A stretch of 64,000 nt of DNA from a virus. Its lineage: Duplodnaviria; Caudoviricetes. The notes under the pieces are model-generated. The model was not told the DNA's origin, did not search any database, and saw only the letters and a program-made list of their open reading frames with translations. The stretch covers positions 1-64,000 of the IMG/VR virus record IMGVR_UViG_2811995091_000080; one strand, 5' to 3'. Positions 43,711 through 52,487 of the stretch are shown in pieces; positions within the stretch are counted from its first letter, which is position 1, and each line of letters starts with the position of its first letter. Position numbers and translations under genes: made by a program.

Positions 43711-44028
43711 CTAGTCGACCTTCGCCCCTATCAAAGCGGCTACTACACCCTCGATCTGGCGGCGCTGTTCGCGGTTGGCTTTATCCCACATCGTCCAGAT
43801 AGGCGGGTTATCGGTGGGGTCGCGCTCGATCAGGCTGGCGGTGTCGGTTTTCAATGCCGCCGCCAATCGCTCAAGCGTCTCCTGGTTATACTGCAACAGG
43901 CCCCGCTCCATCTTCGACAGGTTGCCCTTGTCGATGCACGCGGCGGTGCTGAGATCGTCCAATGTCATGCGGCGAAACTTGCGCCATTCGCGCACGAAAG
44001 TCGGCTTGTGAATCGGGCTTTTGTCCAT
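43711..44028 (-). CDS. XRE-family prophage repressor of B (105 aa, no S24 peptidase domain)
   Basis: VREWRKFRRMTLDDLS...KGNLSKMERG HTH, little similarity to repressor A. Start likely ATG 44028. Confidence 0.85.
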   Translation of the reverse strand: MDKSPIHKPTFVREWRKFRRMTLDDLSTAACIDKGNLSKMERGLLQYNQETLERLAAALKTDTASLIERDPTDNPPIWTMWDKANREQRRQIEGVVAALIGAKVD

Positions 44029-44062
44029 GCGATCATATTGCGCCCGTTTACCCCCTTCGGAA

Positions 44063-44115
44063 TTGTAAAATATACCAATTTGGGGCTTGCAATCGCTAGT
44101 TGTAGGCGATACAAC
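44063..44115 (+). promoter_or_regulatory. pR of B with operators at 44063-44077 and 44100-44114
   Basis: TTGCAA-17-TACAAC just before the cro ATG. Confidence 0.75.
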
Positions 44116-44122
44116 CTCCTTC

Positions 44123-44323
44123 ATGGAACCCAACGAACGATTGAGCGCATGGCTGAAAGCAGCCGATATGACGCAAGCGGAAATGGCCCGTAAGTGTGGC
44201 TATGACCGTGGAAACTTTCACCGTCTGCTGAATGGGAAGCTGCGCCCCTCGCTGCACTTGGCCTTTGCCATAGAGCGCGAAACGAAGGGAGCGGTCCCCG
44301 CTGATGCATGGGTGCGTCAATGA
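44123..44323 (+). CDS. Cro-like HTH protein
   Basis: MTQAEMARKCG...LLNGKLRPS...AIERETKGAV. Confidence 0.85.
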   Translation: MEPNERLSAWLKAADMTQAEMARKCGYDRGNFHRLLNGKLRPSLHLAFAIERETKGAVPADAWVRQ

Positions 44324-44544
44324 CCGCCCGTTGCCCTGATGGGCAGGACCTTGCCCATCGCGAGGCGGCGTTCTTCGGTTTCGTAGTCGTTGAGCCTGCG
44401 GATCTCGGTTTCGAGGAACTTGCGGTAGGTGCTGCGACTGCATCGCCAGTGGTTCGGCTCGTCTCCGCTGCAACTGACGCCCCTGACGCCGTGCGCGTCG
44501 AAGGTGGTCTCGGGGATGTTCTCGTAGAACTTAATCGCAGGCAT
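44317..44544 (-). CDS. Small antisense protein, candidate SOS-induced antirepressor of B
   Basis: RBS GGGAG inside a LexA box. Positional counterpart of 1291-1503. Confidence 0.6.
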   Translation of the reverse strand: MPAIKFYENIPETTFDAHGVRGVSCSGDEPNHWRCSRSTYRKFLETEIRRLNDYETEERRLAMGKVLPIRATGGH

Positions 44545-44559
44545 GTTCTCTCCCTGTTC
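44545..44559. promoter_or_regulatory. Alphaproteobacterial LexA box GTTC-N7-GTTC
   Basis: GTTCTCTCCCTGTTC. The single difference from A falls in the spacer. Confidence 0.7.
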
Positions 44560-44672
44560 TCTTTTGGAACGGTAGTCAACATGCCGGATCGAGTCCGGTC
44601 AATCTGCGCAAAAACACCTGTCCCGCATCGGGATAAGCCGTTGGCGCAAATATACAAATTTGGAGCAGCAGC

Positions 44673-44840
44673 ATGATTTTCGCAATCATCGCCGTTGTCG
44701 CGTGGGCCTTGTTCTTCGGCCTTTTCGTGGCGCGCGACCTCTACCTCGATCAACCGCAGGATGTGCGGGAGCGTCAGTGGGACGCCCCCTGCTGCACCGA
44801 TGTGGTTTTCCCTTTCCATGACAATGGAGATAGCCAATGA
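44673..44840 (+). CDS. Small single-TM protein
   Basis: Homolog of 1632-1781. Confidence 0.55.
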   Translation: MIFAIIAVVAWALFFGLFVARDLYLDQPQDVRERQWDAPCCTDVVFPFHDNGDSQ

Positions 44841-45283
44841 GCGTCCGTGCAATCCACGGCGACCGCCCCGTCTATTCCGCTTCTAACGCGGCTGATGCGC
44901 TGGGGCGCGCCCTTCATGAAATCCGCCAGCAGGACGGCCTTACATGGGCCGATGTGGGCGCGGTGCTTGGCGTCTCGGAAGACCAAGCGGCCAAGTATGC
45001 CAACGGCATGGCTACCATGTCCTTCGTCACCTACGGGCGGGGCAAGCGCGAATGGAACGGGCGCTTCTGTGGCTACTTCGAGCGCCTGTGCGTCGATAGC
45101 CGCGCCGGTAGCCAGTGCGACCATCTGGCGCTGACCAACGTCCTCTCGGCGGCCACCAGCCTTAGCCAGTCGCTTGCCGATGGCGAGATTACCGCAGCCG
45201 AGATCCGCGAGAGCCGCCAGCTTCTTGAGCAGGCCCGCGACGATCTGGATGCACTCTTGAGCAAAGCGAGGGCCGTGGCATGA
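44837..45283 (+). CDS. CII-like regulator (HTH)
   Basis: GLTWADVGAVLGVSEDQAAKY, DGEIT..E motif. Confidence 0.65.
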   Translation: MSVRAIHGDRPVYSASNAADALGRALHEIRQQDGLTWADVGAVLGVSEDQAAKYANGMATMSFVTYGRGKREWNGRFCGYFERLCVDSRAGSQCDHLALTNVLSAATSLSQSLADGEITAAEIRESRQLLEQARDDLDALLSKARAVA

Positions 45284-45561
45284 CCGATTGGCAGAAAGGT
45301 GATCTGGCGCTGTATTCCGATGCCAGCCCCAGCGATGAACATTATGCGCCCCCGGAATTGCGCAAGGGAGCGGTCTATACCGTATCGGGCGTGGGCGTGG
45401 ACGAGGCTGGAAACTCGGGCCTCTTCCTCTCGGAGCAAGAAAGCGACGGCTGCCTAGGCGGCTATCTCGCGTGGCGCTTCCGCAAGGTCACCCCCGACAA
45501 GGCAGACGAGTTCGACCGCGAAGTAATCGACCTCATGAACCGCAAGCCGGTGGGGGCGTAA
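45280..45561 (+). CDS. Hypothetical protein
   Basis: WQKGDLAL...RFRKVTP phage motif. Confidence 0.65.
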   Translation: MTDWQKGDLALYSDASPSDEHYAPPELRKGAVYTVSGVGVDEAGNSGLFLSEQESDGCLGGYLAWRFRKVTPDKADEFDREVIDLMNRKPVGA

Positions 45562-45562
45562 G

Positions 45563-46012
45563 ATGGGTGAATACACCTCCCCCGCGCAGATGCGCGCCGA
45601 ACTCGCCAACGTCATCACCGACAAGGCTTTCCTTGATCGGGTCATCACTGACTATTTCAAGGCCAACCCGCCCGCGCCGGTTCCTGACTACGCGCCGGTC
45701 AAGGGCTTCCGCAAGAAGTCGCACTACGCGGCCCCTGCCAAGCAAGACATTATTCGGCAGGACGAGGACTATCATACGCACATGGAGCGCGGCTCTATGG
45801 CGCTTGGGCAGGCAATCGAGACAATGCTTGCTGGCGGCACCCCTCGCACCCCTAGCGACCTTTGCTGGCTTCGCGCCAGTGGTGCGGACGCTGGACACGG
45901 CACAAGCGAACGCGATGCGATCCCCCAGCCCACTTACAAGCATGTCACCTACAGCACGCCCTGCATGAAGTGCGGCGCGGCCCGTTCGTGCGCTCACAGG
46001 GGCGGCGAATAA
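45563..46012 (+). CDS. Hypothetical protein, homolog of 2232-2681
   Basis: Sequence homology. Confidence 0.75.
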   Translation: MGEYTSPAQMRAELANVITDKAFLDRVITDYFKANPPAPVPDYAPVKGFRKKSHYAAPAKQDIIRQDEDYHTHMERGSMALGQAIETMLAGGTPRTPSDLCWLRASGADAGHGTSERDAIPQPTYKHVTYSTPCMKCGAARSCAHRGGE

Positions 46013-46320
46013 TGGGCAAGCCAAGCCGGGACAAGGGCGCTCGATATGAGCGAGAGCTGGTGCAGGACTTCGCCGCCTTCGGGCTGCGTTCGCGCCGTGT
46101 GCCGCTGTCCGGTGCCACCGAATACGCCAAGAACGATGTTGAGGTGGTCGCTGGCTATGACGGCAAGACCGTGTTCAGCGGGGAAGCCAAGCGCCGCAAG
46201 GCCCTGCCCAAGTTCTTCACCGAAGCACTCGACGGCGCGGACTTCGCAGCCTTCCGCCAGGACCATGGCGAAACGCTCATTGTCCTGCGCCTTAAGACAT
46301 TTGCCGAGCTGCTCCAGTGA
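46012..46320 (+). CDS. Holliday junction resolvase-like nuclease (HNH-free allele)
   Basis: MGKPSRDKGARYEREL. Homolog of 3180-3512. Confidence 0.78.
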   Translation: MGKPSRDKGARYERELVQDFAAFGLRSRRVPLSGATEYAKNDVEVVAGYDGKTVFSGEAKRRKALPKFFTEALDGADFAAFRQDHGETLIVLRLKTFAELLQ

Positions 46321-46564
46321 CCGAGCGCCCCGTCATCCGCACCCGCAAGCGGTGTCTCGAAGACACCCGCCTAGCTGACGCTGCCTTCGATGCGGAGGTG
46401 TTTGGCGCGAAGTCGGCTGCGCGGTGCCGGGGGCAACTGGAAACGCTGAAATCAAAGAGCTTTCGCGAGGTGCCGAAATGAAATGGCTCACTCGCATCAT
46501 CACTGCTTCCCAATGGGGCCGGGAAGCAGCTGTCCCTTCCGATCCCGGCCCCTCCACAGAAGGA

Positions 46565-47443
46565 ATGAAAACAATGGCTTCAGTTAGCACACTTTTGCCG
46601 AAAAGTAAACCGCAAGCGGGCACTGTCCACTGGCTCAACGAGGCGATCGAGCGAGGCAAGAAGGGGGTGTTCACCGAGCTTGTGACAGTAACCCCCGGCC
46701 TCGCTGGAGAGTTGCTGCGGCGCAACGGTGGGAACCGAGGAATTAAGCCCATTAAAGCAAGCCAATACGCGAGCGATATGGCGCAGGGGCGTTGGACCCT
46801 CAATGGTGAGCCCATAATTGTAGCGGACACCGGCGAGCTCAATGACGGCCAGCATCGAATGCAGGGTGTCATCGATGCGAACGTGTCCGTGCCATTGCTC
46901 TTTGTTTTCGGGGTGAGCCGTGAAAGCCGCAAAACTGTAGATCAGGGTGCCGCGCGAACGGCAGGCGATTACATCGCCATGGACGGCATCAGGAATGCTT
47001 CTACCGTCGCCGGGTTGATCCGCCTGCTTATGGGGTATGAGGCTTCGGAAGGGAAAAGCTTCAGCCGCCCCGCAGAGTTTTCGAACGCGGAAGTCCGTGC
47101 TCGTGCCATGAATGATGCGGATACGGTAGCTTCGGCTGATTACGCGCAGTCGGTCGCGAAGTACACAAAGGGACTTATAAACCCCTCTCTCGTCGGAACT
47201 TGCCACTACCTTTTGTCGGAAATTCATCCGGGCGATGCACTGACGTATCTCAATCAGGTTTGCATTGGCGAAGAGATAAAGCGCGGCGATCCTGCGTTCG
47301 CTGTTCGCGATGCGCTTTCTCGGCTTGAAAAAGGCGGCAACATGCCGCGTGCTGAGTTGATTATGAGGGGGTGGAATGCGTTCCGCTCTAGCCGCCGCCT
47401 TACCCTTGCTAAGCGTCTTGGCAATCTTCCGGCCCTAGTGTGA
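46565..47443 (+). CDS. ParB/Srx-like domain protein
   Basis: GRWTLNGEPI...NDGQHR motif. Start uncertain (46478, 46565 or 46574). Confidence 0.65.
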   Translation: MKTMASVSTLLPKSKPQAGTVHWLNEAIERGKKGVFTELVTVTPGLAGELLRRNGGNRGIKPIKASQYASDMAQGRWTLNGEPIIVADTGELNDGQHRMQGVIDANVSVPLLFVFGVSRESRKTVDQGAARTAGDYIAMDGIRNASTVAGLIRLLMGYEASEGKSFSRPAEFSNAEVRARAMNDADTVASADYAQSVAKYTKGLINPSLVGTCHYLLSEIHPGDALTYLNQVCIGEEIKRGDPAFAVRDALSRLEKGGNMPRAELIMRGWNAFRSSRRLTLAKRLGNLPALV

Positions 47444-48111
47444 TGAAAATTATTACACTTCATCCTGAAGACGTTACCGTATGGGGCAACCGTAAGCGGG
47501 GCATAGATCCCGCTGCGGTTGACCGCATAGCGGCGTCAATGGCCGACATTGGCCTTCGTCAACCGATCACCGTGCGCGTCTTGGACGAGCTAGAAATCGA
47601 CGGCGAGATACTGTGCGGCGCTCCGGTCCTAGTGACCGGGGCGCACCGCCTAGCTGCGGCTAAAAAGCTTGGTTGGCAGGCTATCGACTGCATCGAGATT
47701 GAAGGCGACGAGATCGACGCCGAACTTTGGGAAATCAGCGAGAACCTACACCGACTCGACCTTAGTAAAGAGCAACGGGACGAGCATGTGCGGCGCTACG
47801 CAGAATTGAAAGAGGCGCGGCGTGTTCAAGGCGGCCAAAGTGTCCAACTTGAAAGTAAGCGTGAGGACGGTCGCGGGCATCAGCGCAAGTCGGTCGCCAC
47901 AGAAGTAGCGGAAGAAACTGGCCTAAGCGCCCGCACTGTTCGTCGTATCCTACATAACGAACCGAGCAAGGCCCCTCCCCGCGAAGTTTATGACGAACGA
48001 GAGGCCCGACGCGGGCGCGCGATGAATGCCTGGAACAAACTCGATGAGGAGGATCGAGCTTGGTTCCGGGACTGGATCGACACCCCAATCATGGACAGCC
48101 GCTATGACTGA
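47440..48111 (+). CDS. ParB N-terminal (CTPase-like) domain protein
   Basis: IGLRQPITV, TGAHRLAA, ENLHR. Confidence 0.82.
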   Translation: MMKIITLHPEDVTVWGNRKRGIDPAAVDRIAASMADIGLRQPITVRVLDELEIDGEILCGAPVLVTGAHRLAAAKKLGWQAIDCIEIEGDEIDAELWEISENLHRLDLSKEQRDEHVRRYAELKEARRVQGGQSVQLESKREDGRGHQRKSVATEVAEETGLSARTVRRILHNEPSKAPPREVYDEREARRGRAMNAWNKLDEEDRAWFRDWIDTPIMDSRYD

Positions 48112-48451
48112 ATCGCAGGTTTATTTTCTGCGCGCCCCTAGCGTCGGGCTGCTTAAAATCGGCAGGTCAATCGACATTGAGCGTCGCCTCTCTGAAATCC
48201 GGCTTATCAGCCCGGTTAAGCTGGAGCTTCTCGGATACGTGTCGGGCGATTGGTCAGTCGAGACTGCCTATCACCGTCGATGGCACGGCCTCCGCCAGCA
48301 TGGCGAATGGTTCACCGAAACAGCCGAACTGCGAGCAGCACTCGAATGCGACATCGTGTTGAACGCATGGAACCGCGCCAGCGCTGAGGCCCGCGAAATG
48401 GCCCTGGAGCAGATGGACGGCCCTGTGATGGACAATTGCCGTGCGGGATGA
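48104..48451 (+). CDS. GIY-YIG (T5orf172-like) nuclease
   Basis: VYFL...LKIGRS.DIERRL, H...GEWF. Confidence 0.82.
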   Translation: MTESQVYFLRAPSVGLLKIGRSIDIERRLSEIRLISPVKLELLGYVSGDWSVETAYHRRWHGLRQHGEWFTETAELRAALECDIVLNAWNRASAEAREMALEQMDGPVMDNCRAG

Positions 48452-48580
48452 AGTCAAGTTCCTCCGCGCCGCGCTTCAAGAAATAGCGCGCTTTGGCCGT
48501 GGCGATGGTCACGGGCGCGGGTGGACGTGTGCAACCAAGGCGTTGGACGCCTTGAACGATCCTAGGGGGATGCCGAAAAA

Positions 48581-49243
48581 ATGAGCGTCCGAGTAATGAC
48601 CGCAGTGTGGGAAATAGACCTCCCGGCAAGCGATAAGATCGTTTTGCTGGCGCTTGCCGATTGCGCGAATGACGAGGGCAAGTGCTGGCCGGGAATGACC
48701 ACTCTTGCGCAGAAATGCAGCAAGGGCGAGCGCACAATCCAAGCTTCGATCAAGCGCCTAGTGGCAGCGGGGCATCTGTCCCGCAAAGAGGTTCTTGGGC
48801 GCGGCTGCAAATACGTTGTTCACCCCCGCAAAGATTGCGCCCCCGCAGAAAATGCGCCCCCGCAGAAATTGACGAAAACCCCCGCAAAATCTGCGGGCAA
48901 ACCGTCAAGAACCGTCAATGGTTGTTCTAACGAACAACACGAGCGGGTGAAGGGTTGGCCTGAAATACCCGATTGGGTTCCGGTGGCCGAGTGGAACGGC
49001 TTTGTTCGGATGCGGAGGGCCATTCGCAAGCCTCTGACCGACCGTGCGGTAACCACCATCATCCGCAAGCTAGATCGCTTCCGCGCCAATGGGCACGACC
49101 CCGGCGCGGTCCTCGATACCTCCACGGAAAACAGTTGGGCAGGAATTTTCGAACCAAGGACAGCAGCCAATGACTACCGCAATTCAAAACCGACCGGCAC
49201 AGCCAATGCAGCCCAGCGCGCCATCGCCAGCCTCGGTGGCTGA
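48581..49243 (+). CDS. Replication initiator (lambda O-like, HTH)
   Basis: KIVLLALAD.AND...CWPG...LA motif, internal iterons. Confidence 0.85.
   Translation: MSVRVMTAVWEIDLPASDKIVLLALADCANDEGKCWPGMTTLAQKCSKGERTIQASIKRLVAAGHLSRKEVLGRGCKYVVHPRKDCAPAENAPPQKLTKTPAKSAGKPSRTVNGCSNEQHERVKGWPEIPDWVPVAEWNGFVRMRRAIRKPLTDRAVTTIIRKLDRFRANGHDPGAVLDTSTENSWAGIFEPRTAANDYRNSKPTGTANAAQRAIASLGG
48823..48895. repeat. Four 17-bp iterons CCCCCGCARAAwwTGCG (origin of B)
   Basis: Copies at 48823, 48840, 48857 and 48879. Confidence 0.8.
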
Positions 49244-49598
49244 GCGTGTCTCGATCCTGTCGGCCTGCCTCGCTAGGGTTCGCCCCGCTGGCATGTCCGA
49301 CGACGCGGCGCACGAATGGCTGACGGTCTGCGCAACGGACGTTGCCCACCTGCCCGCCTCGGTGTTGCAGCAGGCAGCGCGGGAGGCTGGCCGCACGGTG
49401 ACGCATCACGGCCAGATTATCCCGGCGATCCTCGGCAGCTTCACGGTCAAGAGCCACGAACAGCACGAACGCACGGTGCGCCAGTTGCAGCGGGATGGAC
49501 ACCAACTGCCAGGACGGACTGCGCCTGCGCTGACTGACGGGCGCGGCGGCACCAAGCAAATCGGGCAGGTCAAGGCATTGGCGGAACATCGTGGCTGA
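49170..49598 (+). CDS. Replication accessory (loader-like) protein
   Basis: Follows the initiator. Start uncertain. Confidence 0.55.
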   Translation: MTTAIQNRPAQPMQPSAPSPASVAERVSILSACLARVRPAGMSDDAAHEWLTVCATDVAHLPASVLQQAAREAGRTVTHHGQIIPAILGSFTVKSHEQHERTVRQLQRDGHQLPGRTAPALTDGRGGTKQIGQVKALAEHRG

Positions 49599-49819
49599 TG
49601 CCCCGGCAGACCATTCCGGCACCCGGCTACACCCGCATATCCGGCAACCGCGCCCCGCCCAAAGCATGGGGCGACAAGCTGTGGGTGCAAATCCGCAACG
49701 GTTTTACCGACGTATCGCCGTGGCCGGTGGAGACCACGCGCTGGCGATGGGAGCGGGACGAGGCGGGCAGCGTGATCGAGCATCCCGGCGATGTGGTCGC
49801 GGTGCGCAAGGTGGATTGA
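49598..49819 (+). CDS. Hypothetical protein
   Basis: GDVVAVR motif. Confidence 0.5.
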   Translation: MPRQTIPAPGYTRISGNRAPPKAWGDKLWVQIRNGFTDVSPWPVETTRWRWERDEAGSVIEHPGDVVAVRKVD

Positions 49820-49841
49820 AACAGGCGGGAAGGAATTGAGG

Positions 49842-49997
49842 ATGGTGAAGAGTTTGCTGATCGGCATTGGGATGGGCTTCGTCACCGGGACAGTCGGCCA
49901 TTGGTTCGGACTGAATACGGTCCAGACCTTGTGCCTGACTATTCCCGCATACCTCGCCGGGGTGTCGGTCATGTGGCCCCGCGGGAGCGCCGCCTAA
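49842..49997 (+). CDS. Small membrane protein
   Basis: Two hydrophobic segments, RBS GAGG. Confidence 0.5.
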   Translation: MVKSLLIGIGMGFVTGTVGHWFGLNTVQTLCLTIPAYLAGVSVMWPRGSAA

Positions 49998-50119
49998 TGG
50001 CTGAGGACATACTGAAATACCAAGCAGGCCGAGAGGCAGCAATACGCGGGGATAAGCGCGACGCACGCAAGCATTCTGACTGGTTGGAAGGCTATGATGC
50101 AGTGGCAGGAGATAGGTGA
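49997..50119 (+). CDS. 40-aa Rmf/CrpP-like minigene (uninterrupted allele)
   Basis: MAEDILKYQAGREAAIRGDKRDARKHSDWLEGYDAVAGDR. Its two halves flank the methyltransferase in A. Confidence 0.7.
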   Translation: MAEDILKYQAGREAAIRGDKRDARKHSDWLEGYDAVAGDR

Positions 50120-50862
50120 TGGAAGAAGTGCGCGCCTTGTCGATGTTTTCCGGGTGCGGCGCGCTAGATCTCGGTCTGGAGCGGGCAGGAATATCTGTCG
50201 TCGCGCAGTGCGAGATAGAGCCGCACGCAATCGGGGTGCTTGGAAGGCACTGGCCCGATACGCCGAACCTTGGGGACGTCCGAACGGCACCCTTTCACGA
50301 AGTCACAGCAGAAATGGTCGCTGCCGGCTTCCCTTGTCAGGATATAAGCAATGCAGGAAACCGCGCCGGAATTGAGGGTGAACGCAGCGGGCTTTGGTCC
50401 GAAGTCGTGCGAGCCATTAGCCTGGTACAGCCGCAGTGGGTCTTGCTGGAAAACGTGGCAGCACTGCTTAGTCGAGGATTGGGGAGGGTTCTCGGAGACT
50501 TGGCCGCGCTCGGGTTTGATGCTGTCTGGCATTGCATACCGGCTTCCCACGTTGGCGCGCCCCATAACCGCGACCGCATCTGGATCACGGCTGCTTCCCA
50601 CGCCCTCGGGGGTGAACGGTGGGCGAAACCATACTGTCGGACGCTTGGACGAATGGGGCGGGAGCAGCAATCCGTTCCGTGGGACCGAGATTGGCAAAGT
50701 GCGCTGTGCGAGCTTCGAGGAATGGATGATGGGTCTGCCTATCGGGTGGACCGAATTGATACCCTCCGAAACGCGGTTGTCCCGCAAATCGCGGAAACCA
50801 TCGGGCGGGCTATAATCGCGGCTAATCGCGCGATCTCCACTGACACAGCGGGAAGGGAATAG
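50116..50862 (+). CDS. C5 cytosine DNA methyltransferase, alpha subunit
   Basis: MFSGCGA, AGFPCQD, LENV, HNRDR, RNAVVP. Motif IX absent. Confidence 0.92.
   Translation: MMEEVRALSMFSGCGALDLGLERAGISVVAQCEIEPHAIGVLGRHWPDTPNLGDVRTAPFHEVTAEMVAAGFPCQDISNAGNRAGIEGERSGLWSEVVRAISLVQPQWVLLENVAALLSRGLGRVLGDLAALGFDAVWHCIPASHVGAPHNRDRIWITAASHALGGERWAKPYCRTLGRMGREQQSVPWDRDWQSALCELRGMDDGSAYRVDRIDTLRNAVVPQIAETIGRAIIAANRAISTDTAGRE
50351..50815 (+). CDS. Nested +1-frame ORF, putative beta subunit with motif IX
   Basis: LLPTP and FEEWMMGLPIGWT. Confidence 0.7.
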   Translation: MQETAPELRVNAAGFGPKSCEPLAWYSRSGSCWKTWQHCLVEDWGGFSETWPRSGLMLSGIAYRLPTLARPITATASGSRLLPTPSGVNGGRNHTVGRLDEWGGSSNPFRGTEIGKVRCASFEEWMMGLPIGWTELIPSETRLSRKSRKPSGGL

Positions 50863-50865
50863 ATC

Positions 50866-51195
50866 ATGGCAAAGCAAACGGTAATTGGGCGATGCCTACG
50901 GCCCGCGCTGGCACGGCTTCGCCGCTCGACCCGCTACGCGGTTCTCGGCCTAGCTGCCATCGCTATCGCGGGGTGTAGTGAGGTTGCCAAAGAAACTAAG
51001 GATGCAGTGGCGCTTGAGGACATGGGGGCAAAGGCGGCGTTTCGCGGTTTGGCGGAAGATGAGTGGCGCGCGGTGGTGGTTTTCAAAGACCCCGAGACTG
51101 GCTGCGAATACCTCATCAACGATGGCACCCGAGAGGGCGGCATGACCATTCGGATCGGCAGTGACGGTCGGCCTATCTGTTCGGAGGGGAAGTAA
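50866..51195 (+). CDS. DUF6440-like lipoprotein-like protein
   Basis: LAAIAIAGC, FKDPETGCEYL...GGMT motif. Confidence 0.6.
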   Translation: MAKQTVIGRCLRPALARLRRSTRYAVLGLAAIAIAGCSEVAKETKDAVALEDMGAKAAFRGLAEDEWRAVVVFKDPETGCEYLINDGTREGGMTIRIGSDGRPICSEGK

Positions 51196-51196
51196 C

Positions 51197-51829
51197 ATGG
51201 CAAAGCGCAAGGGCGACCCACTGGCAAAGCGCCGCGATGAAACGGACGCGCAGTGGCGTGCCCGCGTAGCACGGTCGCAGGAGACCCGCCGCAAGCAGGG
51301 CGAGGGCATCGTGACGCCTGAGACACTGGCGCAGGGTGGCTTGGTCAAGGGTAGCGCGCCCGACCAAAGCCGCGCCCCCACCTACTACCGCAAGAGTCGT
51401 TCCGCGCTCGAATACATGCGCCAGCGCGGCAGCCTCACCGATGAGCAGTATTACAGCGCCCAGCGGATCGCCCAGGTGGCCGAAATGCTGCAATCGAGCG
51501 TATCGGGTAGTTGCGCCAGCATGGAGGCTCGCGTGGACTGTTCCGGCAGCGCAAGGGACGCCTTGAACGAAAGCCTTTATCGCGTTCGGGCTGAAGCGGC
51601 CTACACCGAATGGCGCAGCAAGCTTCCCCTGCCCCGCCGCATGGTTATCGACATGGTGACGCAGGACGCTGGCCTAGCAGAGATTGCCGCCGAGCATAAC
51701 ATGGGCTGGCCCAAGGCGCGCAAGATGCTGGTGGCTGCGCTGGACGCATGGCCGGAGGTTTTCGGCAGGTATGTGAAGGGCATCGACCAAGAGGATTTGG
51801 ACGCACAGCACGCGAGGTTGAGGGCATGA
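51197..51829 (+). CDS. Late activator / antiterminator-position protein with C-terminal HTH
   Basis: LEYMRQRGSLTDEQYYSA, GLAEIAAEH..GW. Last early gene. Confidence 0.65.
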   Translation: MAKRKGDPLAKRRDETDAQWRARVARSQETRRKQGEGIVTPETLAQGGLVKGSAPDQSRAPTYYRKSRSALEYMRQRGSLTDEQYYSAQRIAQVAEMLQSSVSGSCASMEARVDCSGSARDALNESLYRVRAEAAYTEWRSKLPLPRRMVIDMVTQDAGLAEIAAEHNMGWPKARKMLVAALDAWPEVFGRYVKGIDQEDLDAQHARLRA

Positions 51830-51861
51830 ACAAAATATGCCCATAGCGCGAACAAAGGGGG

Positions 51862-51890
51862 TTGACCAGCAATGTGAATTAGGCTATGGG
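51862..51890 (+). promoter_or_regulatory. Late promoter of B
   Basis: TTGACC-17-TATGGG, matching A. Confidence 0.65.
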
Positions 51891-51896
51891 AGGAAC

Positions 51897-52094
51897 ATAC
51901 GGAATTGCGCCCGCAGGGTATCCCTCTAGCCGAAAGCGAGGTGATCCAATCTACCGTTAGGTGTGAGGCGCAACCGAAACGAGATTGCTGCGGACACGGT
52001 ATCCAGCCCGTCACGAAGTAATGCGCGGTCTTGAGCCGTATCGCTTCGACCGCAGTAACCCTAAGCGCCCTGCCCTAACCGGCGGGGCGTTTCT
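51897..52094 (+). ncRNA. Candidate structured late-leader RNA of B
   Basis: Shares a conserved hairpin and the TGCTGCGG/CCGCAG junction with A, ends at a terminator. Confidence 0.45.
52065..52094 (+). terminator. Intrinsic terminator
   Basis: GCGCCCTGCC-CTAACC-GGCGGGGCGT followed by TTCT. Confidence 0.6.
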
Positions 52095-52277
52095 CTATTG
52101 GGCCTCGGTCCAGCCCGCACCTCCAAAAGCATCAGCGGCTACGAGCATTATCGAGCAGGGTTGGTTGCGGGCAAACATACTGGCGGATAGCGGGGCTTCC
52201 GATAGGTCGCCGCCACAGCGCACCCATAGGGTCGGCACACCACGGTAAGGCGCACCCGCACTAATACGGGGGACAGG

Positions 52278-52487
52278 ATGAACGATCTAACGATCCCCCA
52301 GCATGACGCAGAGACGGTTCGCCTGACATGCCTGGAGGCAGCCACGGCGCTAAACTGCATGAGGGAAGAACCGAAGGACGCAGCCGGTGTGGGGGACGAC
52401 GCCACGCTGTTTGAGTTCTACGTAAGCAACGGGCAGTCTGTAGCGGTGTATTGCGGCAACGGGCTTGAGCGGGTGATTAGGGGTTAA
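52278..52487 (+). CDS. Hypothetical protein
   Basis: ORF with RBS. Confidence 0.45.
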   Translation: MNDLTIPQHDAETVRLTCLEAATALNCMREEPKDAAGVGDDATLFEFYVSNGQSVAVYCGNGLERVIRG

